Under the pieces are notes generated by a model. The model did no database searches. It was not told the origin of the DNA and was given only the letters and a program-made list of their open reading frames with translations. A stretch of 64,000 bases of DNA from Felis catus (lineage: Eukaryota): contig NC_058383.1 of assembly GCF_018350175.1 (NCBI RefSeq), positions 1,178,001 to 1,242,000 on the forward strand. The letters run 5' to 3'. Of the stretch, positions 12,096-24,259 are shown piece after piece (within the stretch, counting starts at the first letter, position 1; each line of letters starts with the position of its first letter). A program made the translations under genes and the position numbers.

Positions 12096-14779
12096 CTCTA
12101 AGTACCTCGCTGGCTGGGGGGGGGCCTCACCCCTGCCCCCAGCGCCCCAGGACAGGGTCCCGCCCACGTCCCTCAGCCTTGCCTTTGGGGCCAGATTTGG
12201 CTCCCGCAGCACTGCCCTCGCCGGGCTTGTCCCCTGTGCTGGAAACTTCCCCGGCCCCTGGCTCCACCGGGCAGAGCAGGCCGCAGGACTCGACCCCCCC
12301 ACCGCCGCCCTCCCTGGCACCCCAGACACCCAGAGCGCTGCCTGAGCCCTGCTCCCCACACCGAGCACCTGGCCCTTCAGGGGTCAGTCCCAGCCACTTC
12401 GTTCCTGGAAGTCCTCACTGACCGCTCCTGCCCCCATCAGGCTGCCCACCTTCTCGGCCCCCTGGGAGATGGCCAGTGTGGGAGCTGTCGCCACCTCACA
12501 GGTCCCCCCTCTGGACACCTCCTGGACGGGGTGCCGGGAGGGACCACGGCACAAACCCAGAGCACTCCCCCCTGGCCACTGCACATCCTGTCTGGTCCCC
12601 AGATGCCCCTTCTCCAGCCTCGGGGCCACGCGTGCTGGGGCTCAGTCTCTGTGTCTCCACGGGACGGCCGGTGGTGGGAAAGGCCGGTGCCGGGGCCGGG
12701 GGATGCCTGCCAGGTGCAGGGGCTGTGGTGTGGGGATGGCCAGCACAGGGGCCGTGGCGGGGGGGGGTGCCCTGAGCACGCACGGTCTGTCTCGGGTGGG
12801 GTGGTGGGCAACCTTGAGACTGTCCTCTGCGGAAACCCAGCCCGGCCAGGCCAGCGTGGGGCTGAGGGTGGGCACGGAGAAGCCGCGGGAAGCGGTGTGG
12901 ACCCCCTTCGGGAGGGCCCGTTACTGCCAACACTTCACCTTCTCAGCTCCCCTTGGAGAACCAGGTGTCGGGTGGCCCCCGACTTCCAGAGGAGGAAGCG
13001 GAGGTCCAGTGGTTCAGCCACGTGCCTGGGGCGTTGAAGCCACGAACAGGGGGTCAAGCTCAGGGCAGGCGGGTGGGGTGGGCGGGCTCCTCGGCCTCCA
13101 AGCTGTGCGATTGTGCGCGTGCCCCAGAGTCCAGACGCCAGCCTCCCGCCTCGGGGCGGGGCAGCCCGGTTTCCAACGACTGAAGCATGTTCTAGAAGGT
13201 CTGAGGCCTGGGGGATGAGGCCTGGTGGGAAGATGTGGAGGCCTGCTGGAGGCCCAGGTCCGGGGACTGCAGCCCCTCACCCACCTACCCTTCAGGCCGT
13301 GCTCAGAGGTGCCTGTCCTTGCCTCACTCAGAGCTACAGCCCACCCATTCTGCAGATGAGCAGCTGGGGCTGGGGAAGCAGCCTGCCCCAGGGTGGGCCG
13401 GGGGTGTGGAGCTGCAGGTTGAATCTGGCCACGTAGCTCCCACATGTGGGTCTTCCCTCTCCCCGCCTGGCCCCGCTTCCTCCTCGTGAGAGGGGCGTGA
13501 GGCAGGTGCGTGTGAGTGAGAAGGAGGGAGGGCTGGGGACACGTTGCGTGGGCACACAGTAGGCGCTCCATACGTGTGCTGGTTCCTCTGGGGTGAGTCC
13601 CTTCTGCCCAAGGCCCTCACACCCCTCCCGGTGCTATGCAGGGTCCTCTGCTTGGGGGTGCCTTTCCTCCACCCACCCCTGAACTCCTACACGTCCTCCA
13701 AGGCCTGTTCCGTCACCACCCCTGGAAAGCTTTCCTGCTGTCCTGGGGCCCCCAAAGCCCCCCAGGGCAGGCCGGACGGTGGGTCTGCCCACCGTTCTGG
13801 TGCTCCTGAGGGCAGGGGCCACATCTGATTCGGTGTGTCCCCAGTAGGGCCCAGCTCAGAGCCAGGCAGTTAGCTCTGGTGAATCCTTCCCAGGAGCACC
13901 CAGAAGCGAGAGCGGCACTCTCTGGGTCATTTGGCTCAGGCTTGGGCCCAAGGTGACCTCTCTGTCACCCGGTCTGGGTGGGGGTGGGCGGCCCAGGGGC
14001 CTGGATGGCCCTCGGGGCGGGGTCGGGGGCTCAGGGCAATTTCCCTCTGCTGCGCTTGTGGACTGAGTGGTCAGGCCCCGTTGAGGGCATCAGCTAGGGT
14101 TTCCTCGGCTCTGGGAGTGCCCAGGAGCCCTGCAGATACTAGCCACAACTGTCCAGCGGGAGCCTCTCGCGACCTGGCAGTGGGCCTAGATCAGAAGGAG
14201 CTGAGGGTGTCGGGACAGGGCTGGAGAGAGGGTCCCCATGGGGGTGGGAGAGGTCCCAGTGGGCCTTGACTCCTCGGGGCCAGCCTGGGGCTCTGGCCCT
14301 GAGACCCAGTGTGTTGCCCGTAGTGGGCATCCTGGGGCAGGTGGGGGACCTGGGAAGGGTGTCACCGCACAGGAGCCTCAGGGCTCATCTGGGGGCAGCT
14401 GGGGAGGTGCAGAGGCCCTACCCTCTCCCTGCCCCCCGACCCTAAGGGCGGCTTGGAGCCCACAGGATTCACCAGGAGGATCCTGCCCTTGCCCAGTGCC
14501 CTCACCCAGCACAGGGATCCACACGCCGACCTCAGACACTGTTTTCCAGAATCTTCCAGGAACCCCAGCTCTGGCCTCGGGCAGTGCTCTCCCACAACCC
14601 TGCAGAGAGAGCTATGTCCCATGCCCCAGGGAGGCTGGGCGGGGCGGGGCTCGAGCCCCTCCCGTTTACCAGGAGGCCACCCCCTGCCCCGCCAGGCTGC
14701 CGGGACCCTCCTCGGCCATTGAGCGAAGCCATCTGCCACCAGAGCCTCGAGTCTCCGGGCAGAAGCCACGGCGACAAGC

Positions 14780-15420
14780 TCGAGATGTGTCGGTGCAGTT
14801 ATCAGCAGAAAGCAACATCTGCCCACCCGGCCGCCAACAATGGTAGGCCATTTAGTCTGTCCCCTCCTCCCTTTAGCTGCAGACAACAGCTCCCAGTATT
14901 ATATTTTCCCACTCAATTAGCACCATCATCCTGCTGAAAGAGAGGCCAATTTACCTATAATGACATCATTGTTAGGGAAGTGGCGGCCGGGCTGTCACCA
15001 GGTTGTGGAGACAGGTCCGTCTCTCTCCACTAACCCTGACAGGGACGGGACGGGGAGCCGGGCGCGAAGGCAAGGGGCGCCCAGGCGGCCTATCGGCGGC
15101 CACCCCGTCACCTCCGACCACAGACATTGTTTCCGACAGTTCTCAGGAGCAGTGTGGCGGAAAATTGAGTCCAGATTCATTAGGTTTTTCAGTGTGCCGC
15201 TCAAGTCAGTTAAATTGATACATTTCCTAACGAAATTGAAGTGCTTTGTGCTGCCAGCGGAAAGCCGGGTGACCGGCCTCGGCCCGCTGAGCAGCAGAAC
15301 GAGCTGACGGATCCATTAGGCCGCTCCCAGCGCCGGCCCCTCTCCCTCCATTCCTGGCCCACGCTGTAAATCTCCGCCAATTTCGGGCCTAATCATCATT
15401 ATAAACCCTTCCTCTGCCCG
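14780..15420. promoter_or_regulatory. Candidate conserved non-coding element cluster
   Basis: Alternating AT-rich and CpG-rich blocks with AACAATGG, CATTGTT twice, caattag, tgacat, ctgtca, tgacag and taatcatcattataaa. Confidence 0.55.
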
Positions 15421-15719
15421 CTCCCTCGCCTGCCCGTCCGCCCCGCGCTCGCGAAACAGCCCCTGGCGCGCTAATCGGCTGGCCTTGCAGGGTCAGCATC
15501 CCCGCCGGGGACCCCGAGGGGAGGGGCCCGAGGAGGGGGCTCTGGGCTCCAGAGTGGAACATGTGCCCATTCAGCAGATGGGGAAGCTGAGGCAGGTGAT
15601 GGGGCTCGGATGCAAACACAGAATGTCGGAGCTGAAAGGGACCCTGGAGATCCCAGTTTCCGACTTGACCGTTGTTGCCTTTTACGTCGAGGTGCGCGTG
15701 TGGAAAGTCCTTAAGCATT

Positions 15720-15880
15720 GGGGCTCCTGGGGGGCTCAATCTGTTGAGCGTCGGGCTTCGGCTCGGGTCACGATCTCGCGGTTCGTGGGTTCGAGCCCCG
15801 CGTCGGGCTCTGTGCTGACAGCTTGGAGCCTGGAGCTGCTTCGGATTCTGTGTCCCCCTCGGTCTCTCTGCCCCTCCCCT

Positions 15881-15918
<38 letters not shown>

Positions 15919-15947
15919 AAATGAACATTAAAAAAAAGAAAAGAAAG
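15720..15947 (+). mobile_element. Can-SINE (SINEC_Fc-like)
   Basis: Typical body, (TC)n tract and A-rich tail; gaaagtcc on both flanks. Confidence 0.96.
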
Positions 15948-15974
15948 AAAGTCCCTAGATGTCGAGAGAAGGGC

Positions 15975-16240
15975 GTGGCTTGCTTTTACACATGTGGTCA
16001 CCCGTGGGGCCCCCAGGTGTACCCAGAGTCGCCTCCGGTCAGAGTGTGTGTTCCCCAAGGGGGTAGCCGCTCTCTGATTTCACGGCCTCTGGTCCGTTTT
16101 GCCTGTTCCTCAAGGTCCTGAGAATGGTGCAGTGTATCCTTCCGCGTCTGGATGTTTTCCCTGAATTCGCACTGCTGTGTCCGTCGTCGTCACATTCTCT
16201 TCATTGCTGCGTAGTATTCCGTACCTGCCCCACTGTTGTC
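15975..16240 (-). mobile_element. Old L1M(E) 3' UTR fragment
   Basis: ttttgcctgttcctcaag ... ttctcttcattgctgcgtagtattcc resembles an antisense L1ME 3' end. Confidence 0.5.
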
Positions 16241-16719
16241 GCCAGCTCAGGGCCTAAGTGCCCATCTCCGGAACCTTCTCTTGTCCCCCACCCATTGTGG
16301 ACAGAGCTCCAGATGGGTCTTGGAAAGGCGAGCACAAGCCTCCCCTCCCTCCCGTTTCCCGTTGTCAAAGAGGGGTGGCCCGGGACGGACCCCGGAAAGC
16401 TGGTATGAACTCGGCATAGGTGAGTTGGAATTGGCTGCCGTCCCATGAAGGTGGATAAGGACGTAATGCCATCAACATGACACCCGTGTGTGTGCAAGGT
16501 GTCCTCACTCTGCCAGGGGACAGCAGCATCTCAGCAGCAGTGGGCACGCCTGGCGCCCACCACACTCTCCAGAAAGGACGCGGCTTGGCCGAGGTCCCAG
16601 GCTGGGGCAGGGAAAGAGGATCCGGAACGGCTCAAGGGGGTGTGCGCTGGTGCAACAGGGGCAGTTGGAACATGGGCTACATCATGGGGTAGTGACCCGT
16701 GGGAAGAATAGCCACCATG

Positions 16720-17335
16720 GGTCCGTGGTGATGCAGACAGATAACAAACGTGTAGGGAGGAGGGAAAGACAGGATTTTAAAGCCACCATTTGTGACATCA
16801 CAGCAGTTATCGGTCTGGGCAAGAATCAGTGGGGGATGTTAGCAGCATGGTTTTACAAAGTATCTCCCCGTCGGGTCAGGGAGCACACAGGGAGAGTGGG
16901 TTCACACCCACGGGAAAGCGGCAGGCACCACGAGCGCCAAGCTGGCCATGGCGAGCCTCCGCCCTGACCCCACCTGTCCCGGGGGCAGAGCATCACCCCG
17001 CGATGTTCCTTCCCAAAACGCGCTCCCACGGTGTAATCGTGAGGACACGTCCGCCAAACCAAAGGGAGGGACGCCCTGCCAAATGACGGGCCTGTCACCT
17101 TCACAAGTGGCGAAGCGGTGGGAGTCGGGGGGACGCCCGGCGACGTCGCGTCCTGACCGCCAGATGTAGTCCGTGATCCTGTGTGACTGGGCCCTTCGCC
17201 GTGAAGAGCGTCCTCGAGCCAGTTGGTCACAGTTGGAAGGAAACTTCTAGTCCAGGGCACGTGGGGTTCCTTGTAGAATTCTTGTAATTTCCCTCTGAGT
17301 TCGAAATTCTTCCCAAATAAAAAGTTAAAAATGAG
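16720..17335 (+). mobile_element. L1MC-like 3' end fragment
   Basis: gatgttccttcccaaaacgc...taatcgtgaggacacgtccgccaaaccaaagggagggac; ends aaattcttcccaaataaaaagttaaaaa. Confidence 0.6.
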
Positions 17336-17340
17336 AAGCT

Positions 17341-17645
17341 ACAGCAGCCAGGATGCTCACTGGAAGAGCCAGACACAAAAGGCCGCCTGTGGTAGGATTC
17401 TGTGTGTACGAAACGTCCAGCCCAGGCCAAGTGCACAGAGGCAGGAAGCAGGCTGGTGGCTGCGGGGGTGGTGGGGGGTGGGAAATGGGGAGCGACTGCC
17501 AGCGAGTGCTGGGCCTCCTTCTGGGGTGATGAAAACGTTTTGAACTAGATGGTGGGGGTGGGTACACGACGCTGCGACCGTATAAAGTGCCACCGCAGTG
17601 CTCACTTGAAAGTGGTGAGTCGTATTACATTCCATGAATTAAACT
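17341..17645 (+). mobile_element. L1MB-like 3' end fragment
   Basis: agccagacacaaaaggcc...ccttctggggtgatgaaaacgttttgaactagat...cacttgaaagtggtgag. Confidence 0.75.
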
Positions 17646-18469
17646 CAGAGCCTACAGGACAGTAAGGATGTAGGCCTCATCCTGCTGCTCCCAGTTTAAA
17701 GTTTTCCGGACCCTCAGGGCTGCTCAGTCCCACCGACCCCTCCTCCTCCCACCTCTCCCCGCCAGCCTCTTGAGGACACCAAGCCATTTGTACCCCCGGG
17801 CCTTTGCACGTGCCCTACCCGGCATCCCCAGAGCTTCCAACCCCTTCAGATCTCAGCTTCGGTGCTTCTCCGCCAATGCCTCTCCCACTTCCCAGTCTGT
17901 CCCGACACAAGTAATTTGCCATGGACCCTCGTTCAGTCTTCAGACCGTGTCACGCTCACATGGGACCCCAGAAGGTAGAGGCGCTCCATGGATGTTAGTG
18001 AGGTGACACCCGAGAGGAGAGGAAATGGTGGGTGGAAGGACAGGACTCTCACCCAAGCCTGGTCCCACCCCCACCCCTGGGAGAAGCCACAGTTGGGGAC
18101 GACAGGAGCGCTGGGTCAGCAGGGTGTCCCTGACGCCTGGGGTCTGGGGCCACAGGGTTCCGGAGCCGTGGGGCCCGCTGGAAAGTGATGCTGCCTCCTG
18201 TGCTCTGGGCCGAGGGTGGCCCGAGCAGCCGCCACTCCCAGGCCAGGGGGGACAGGTACTGCGGCCCTGCTGGGGAAGGGGCAACACTCAGTGCCCACCA
18301 TGCTCCTTGGGGGCCCCCAGCCTCAGCCTGCTGACTCGGTGTGGAACCCTGGAGGAATGAACATCAAGTTCCGGAATCTCCCAGAAGACGGAGAAGGGAG
18401 GGGTGGTGGGGCTGCCCCGCCTGACGCTCACAGGGGTCAGAGGTGGAAATGGTACCAAGGGGACAGTCT

Positions 18470-18725
18470 AGAGCCGCCCGGTACGGCAGCCACTGGCCAC
18501 CTGTGGTCCTGGTGCCCCAAAAGCATCAAGTGCTCCCACCACTTAGTGTGAGAAAGAGTGTACCTGATCATCAACACTTTTACATCGGTTACGTGCTTGG
18601 AATTGTTGTATTTTTTGTGTATTAGGTTAAATAAGATATATTATTTAAACTGATTTCACTAGTGTGTCTACCTTTCTGTCGTGACCGCTGGAAAGTCAGC
18701 AGTCCCTTCCGTGTCTGGGGGACAC
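18470..18725. mobile_element. MER33-like hAT-Charlie element
   Basis: tacggcagccactggccacctgtgg terminus and ggttaaataagatatattatttaaactgatttcac internal segment. Confidence 0.7.
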
Positions 18726-18860
18726 TGATCCGGAAGGTACAGAAGAGACTCGGGAACACAGCTTAGACCCCTGCCTCACACCCGCTTCAGAATAGTCTCC
18801 AACTGGATTGAAGTTGGGTGTTGTTTGTGTGTCTGTTTAAAGTTAAAAGTCACCGTTTCA

Positions 18861-19086
18861 GGGGGCACCCGGGGGGGCTCAGTCAGTTGAGCGTCCGACG
18901 TCGGCTCAGGTCATGATCTCGCGGTCCGTGAGTTCGAGCCCCGCATCGGGCTCTGTGCTGACGGCTCGGAGCCTGGAGCCTGCTTCCGATTCTGTGTCTC
19001 CCTGTCTCTCTGCCCTTCCCCCTCTCATGCGTGCTCACGCTCGCGCGCTCGCTCTCTCTCTGTGTCTCAAAAATAAACGTTAAAAA
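18861..19086 (+). mobile_element. Can-SINE (SINEC_Fc-like)
   Basis: Full body and poly-A; TSD aaaagtcacc at 18845 and 19087. Confidence 0.96.
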
Positions 19087-19450
19087 AAAAGTCACCACTT
19101 GAGCCATTTTCAAGTGTAGGATTCGGTGGAATTTAGTGCATTTTCACAAAGTTGTCCAAGCACGTGTGTCTGGTTCCAGGTTGTCTTCTCCCCCGGAAGG
19201 AAACCCTGTCCCCGTCAGCGCCCCTCCTGTGCCCGCTGTCCACATCCCGCCCCCGCGGTCCGCCTGTGCCCGGCGCGCGCACGCACCATACTCGCAGTCT
19301 TTCCTGGCTCGGTGTGATGCTTCCGGGCCTCGTCTAGGCCGCGTGATAGTCCACCGTGTGGACGGCCAGTGGTTCGCCCGTCCAACACGGACGTCCGGGC
19401 CGCACCCGCCAGACTCTGGCCGTTGTTCTTAGAGCTGCTGTGAACATCCA
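19087..19450 (-). mobile_element. L1MB-like 3' end fragment, GC-shifted
   Basis: ccattttcaagtgtaggattcggtggaatttagtgcattttcacaaagttgt ... gctgctgtgaacatcca. Confidence 0.65.
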
Positions 19451-20914
19451 TCCGGTGGGGTTGGGTCCGAATACCCGGTTTCAGTTATTGGACCCGAATT
19501 TTAAATATAAAAAGTATAATTATGAAACAGGAAAGCGGGGTCCTGCCTGCAGCGCGTCACATACTTGAGGCCTCGCCCGGCCGCCTGCCCCTCGCCCGCG
19601 CCCTGACAAGCCGCCGCACGTCCTACCCTCCCGGGGGCTGCCTCGGGCCGAGGGGCGTAAGGAGGGATGGGTCGGGGCCACGGGGCCACGGGGCCACGTC
19701 ACACAGGACTCCTCTGTCCGTGAGGGACTTGGGTCGTGCCCTGAATGCAGCGAGGGGCCTCCCGCGCAGGCTGGGCTCTGAGACCCCGGGCCTGGGAAAT
19801 CCGGCACGTCGTCTGGCCTGGCCGTGGCACGGGGAGTGGGATGGGAGCGCCCTGCGGCTCCCTCTGAGGGTCTGGAGCAGCAGCCTCTTGTCGGAGCTGA
19901 TGCCGTCATCCTGAGCTCAGCCCGGCGGGGCAGGGCTGGGCCAGGGGTCTCCGGGGCTCGGCCTTGGAGCTCGGAGCCGTGGCGCATCTCCTCTGGGCAG
20001 CCTGGAGGCCGCCAGCGGTGGGGTGGGAGCCGGGGACTGACTCTGCTGCCCTCTGATCTCACCTGCACGCCTGACGTTTGTGGGGGATCTGGGGGGGTCC
20101 CACCACTGCAGCCTCAGGCAGCCTCGGGGTGGCGGGGAGGCTTTGCCAGGGTGTTAGGAGTGGAGCCGGCACCTGCACGGGCCTGGCAAGGTCCCCCTGC
20201 CTGCTCAGAGGGGCATCCATGCCTCAGGGCAGAGGGTCCCTGGGCTGAGGTTCAGGGCCTGGGGCCGGACCCCTCCCTGCTTCAGGCCTCCATGCTTCTG
20301 GTCACCAAAGGAGTGTGGCCGGGACGGGTCCTGGGGCAGCCCAGGCTCCCTGCAGGCAGAGAACCAACGAGGACCCCTCTGATGAGCAAGAAAGCCGGTG
20401 GGTCTGGCCGTGCGTCTGCCAAACCCCAGCTAGCCTGGGGAGGGGGTTTCAGACGCCTCCCAGACTCTGTCCCCCCCCCCCCCGACCCCCAGGAGCCTCT
20501 TCCTCTCTTGGCATCAGACCGCCAAGCAAGCTGAGACCGCGTGTCATGAGGATGTGGGACAGGGGCACAGCCTGGGAGAGGCCTTGTGGGAGGGTCTCAA
20601 CGATGGTGGTCCAGGTGAAATGTGGCGCAGAAGCTCCGAGGCCGGGGTGTCTGGGGGCGGTGTGACCTGGGGTGGCGGTGCGTCTGACATGGCTGAGGAG
20701 CCGGGGGCCCTCCTTGGAGCTCTGGGGTCCCCCCCGGATGTGGCCGTAGCTCTGTGGGGTGGGGGAGGGCACTTGCTCTGGGGCCCTGGGGAGGTGCTGA
20801 AGGCTGGACCGGGAGGCCGCGGGGCGTGGGTGTGTCCGGGCGTGATCGCCTCCGTGGACCATCCAGCACGCCCCCCCTACCCCCCCACCCCCCGGGCCCC
20901 GCGCTGGGGCGGAC

Positions 20915-21055
20915 ACTTGTTTACATGCTGCCGAGAGGCCCAGATGGAAATTTATGGTGTCGGGCGAGAGGCCCCCTTGCCCAGGGTTCCGGCCCATCGA
21001 GGGAAGCGCAGAAGCTCTTAACAAATCGATGAGCCACATTTACTCCATAAACCAC
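20915..21055. promoter_or_regulatory. Small candidate conserved element
   Basis: TGTTTAC (FOX), cagatgg (E-box), atttatgg and ccataaa (HOX/CDX), aatcgat (CUT-domain type). Confidence 0.4.
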
Positions 21056-21769
21056 GAGCCCCGGCCCCCACCTGCCCCCCAGCGCCTCTCAGGCTTCGGG
21101 AGGGTGGGGTCCCGCAACAGCCTCCAGGGGAAGCAGGGGTGGGGGGGTGGAGGGGGTTGGGGAGCGTCCTGTGCCCCCCTCTGGAGAGGGACGGGGTGTC
21201 TGGGGTGGACATGGGGCGGCCAGCCCGTGGCTTGAGGCTCACCTCTCCCCTTGCAGGTGGGACGTCTCTGGCGCCTCCACCCTCTCCGCCTCCCACCCCG
21301 ATGCTACCCCACATCCCACGTCCCTCCCCAGACCCCTCTCTGACCCTAGCTCAGCTGACTGGCTTCCCCACAGCCAGACGCCAGCCTTCCCCGTCGCCCC
21401 CATCCGACTTCCGACCCCCGGAAAGGCCCCGGCGCACGTATGGGATGCCCAGGTGGGGGCGGGGGTGGGTTCCTACCGCGGGCCTGGCACGGTCCCGAGC
21501 ATCCAGTATCGGGGACGCAGCAGTGCACGGTCCCGACCCCATGGGGAGACACATGCATGGGGATTCGGTGTGTGGTGGAGGAGTGGTGCCCAGAGGTGGG
21601 GGCGCATGATTGGGGGGGCGGTTCTCGGGAGATGAGCAGAGGGAGACAGCATCTGGGGAGGGTGGCTCAGGCAAAGAGAGCGGTATGTGCAAAGGCCCGG
21701 CTAAGGAGGAACTGGGTGTTCTCGGGATCAGAGAGGGGCTGGAGTGGAGTGGGACCTAGGGAGAGGGAG

Positions 21770-21912
21770 GTGGATGGAGGCAGACAGAGACAGAGAGAGA
21801 CACAGAGAGATGGAGAGAGACAGAGAGATGGAAAGAGACAGAGACAGAGATGGAGACAGAGATGGACAGAGACAGACAGATGGAGAGAGGCAGAGACAGA
21901 GAGAGAGAGACA
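21770..21912 (+). repeat. (GAGACA)n / GA-rich simple repeat
   Basis: cagacagagacagagagagacacagagagatggagagagacagagag... Confidence 0.9.
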
Positions 21913-21999
21913 GGGGTTATAGTGAGTGGCCACCTAGGCACCTGCGGGTGAAGAGGAAGAATTCTGTACGAGGTGCTGCCCCACGGCTGAGGGGAGACA

Positions 22000-22345
22000 G
22001 TGCTGCCTGGAAGCCACGTTCGGGGCTGTTACCGTGCAAGAAACATGAAAGGAAGCAGGTGACATTAATTTCAGTACTATATCCGATTTAACTCAGTGCA
22101 TCAGCAGCATCAGTACGGAGCACAGGTGTGACCCTTGTATTCTGTCTGTGCTGGCCTGTGATGTCCACGCGTGCCCCTCCTGGGTGGCCGTCCCCCCAGC
22201 AGCACGGCTGTGTGGCGGGAGACATTCTACTTTGCTTCAGGATTTAAATCTAAACTTCAAATGTGGAGCAGAATACTGGCCGGGGCACAGCTGGAAGTCC
22301 ACGTGCGGACGGGCCACGTGTGGCTGGGGACGCTGGGGCAGCGTC
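22000..22345. mobile_element. MER33-like hAT-Charlie element
   Basis: gaagcaggtgacattaatttcagtactatatccgatttaactcag ... gccacgtgtggctgggg; opposite orientation to the 18.5 kb copy. Confidence 0.55.
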
Positions 22346-24259
22346 CCCTGGGGAGGCCCTGAGCAGTGCGGGGGGCGGGGGTGGAGGAGGAGGGCGGGCA
22401 GAGTCCCAGGCTACTGAGAGGAGCGGACGGGGGACTGGTCATCTCGCCCAGCGGGTGGGGGAGCCACGGGCCGGCAGGCAGGACACAGCACGCATGCGAA
22501 TCTGCAGCACAGAAGAGCTGAGAGATGACAGAGGGGCCGGGGTGGACCAGGGGCTCTCTCTGAGCGAAGCCCTTCCCCGGCTCCGTCCTCTGGGTGGGGG
22601 CAGGGGGCCACCCTTGAGCAGGGGGCTTGGTGGCCAGGCCGTCTGAGCAACGGCCAGCCTTGTGATGCAGCCTCAGTTTCCTCATCTGCCTAATGGGCGG
22701 GAAGGCACATTGGACATCTTGCGAGAAGCCAGAGGACACAGGACGTGCTTGCGGACCGTACAGGGCTGTGCACGTGCGTGGGGCAGAGCAGTGGGTCTGT
22801 CCAGAATGAGGCTTGCCCCGTCCGCTTGCTTCCCTTACTGGTGGCAGAGGCGAGGTGGGCTGCCTGCCCAGCTGGCCTCAGGGGATGCCACGTGGCTGGG
22901 ACGTGGTGCTCAGACTCTGCTTCCCATCTGGTGTGACTTGTCTCTCTCTGGACACCCCCGTCTCCTGTGGTCCCCGCCCCCTGCACGCAAGCGGCTTGCC
23001 CAATTTCCAGGCAACCGTGCAGTCAGCCCCGCTTGGACCACCTCGTGGGCCACCGGACCGGCCCCGCTTGGACCTCTGTGGCCATGCCTGCCACCCAGCG
23101 GCCCCAGAGGAACCACATAGGGGAGGGTCTCTGTGTACGGGCAGGGTCCCCACCACAGTGCCGGCCTCCCCGCTGCTGAGTGAGGCCTGGGCATCGAGCC
23201 TCTCAGACCCACACTGTCCAGACAGAAAGGCAGGTCTGTGCCTTGGGGGGGGCCCCTAGGACAGTGGCCCTCACTCTGCAGTGCTCCTGGGGTCCGTGAG
23301 CCTTGACATGGTGGCCACGCTGAGTTCTCTGTGCTCCCCCCCCAACCCCGAGGACCCTGAAAGGGGCTGTCTCTGGGGTGAAGCCATCTGATTCCCAGCA
23401 GCCCAAGCCCTGCACTCTTCTTTAGGCAAGTGGGGGCCTGTGCACAGAGACGGGAGGGCTCAGGGTCACCCAGCACGTTGGAGGCCCCTCTTCTCAGCAC
23501 CGAGCATCCACCGGAGGCCGAGAGGAGTTCCTTCGATGCTCAGTCAACCTGTGAACTAGGACATCTCATCCCCGTTCTACAGATAAGAAAATTGAGGCCC
23601 CCAAGGCCAGGCCCCTTTCCAGGCCCTGCGTTCCTCCCTCTCCAGCGCCCCCTGCCCCCCCCCCCCGCCCCCGGCCCCAAATGCCCTGGAGCAGCTAGCG
23701 GTCTGGCAGCCTCCGCCTGCCCGCCAGGCTCTCGACAAGGAGCCTGGGTGCCTAGAAACCAGAGAAGCCAGACGGCTTGTCCACTGTTGCCCTGGAGATG
23801 CCAGGGGAAGCCTGGCTCCTTGTCTGCCTGCCAGGGACGCACAGCCAGCCTGTTGTGGCTCCGCAAGTAAATAGGGCAGTCGTGGTGCCGGCTCCACGGA
23901 CCCCATCCTGGACCATGGGGCCCGTGTGCATGGCCCCGAGACCGGGTGTCCTCCCGCCCTCCCTGCGCCTCTGTGCCCCTGAGCTGAGGCGAGACCCTCC
24001 TGCCCCTGCAGGCCTCAGAGGTGCAACAGGATGCCCACACCCACCTGGGCAAAGGGGGCAGAGAGGGCTCGTCTCTGGTGCGTCGGGGCAGGGCCTGTGG
24101 CAGCCCCAGCAGCTTCCTCCTCAGAGGTGCACCCTCTGCACCCAAGGATGCTGTTCTGGCCAGGTATGAGCCATGCCCACGCTCCTGAGACACTCCGCGT
24201 GCAGGCTGGCGGGGAGCAGGGTGAGGCCCAGGACACAGCTCCGTCAGCGCCCGCCTCCA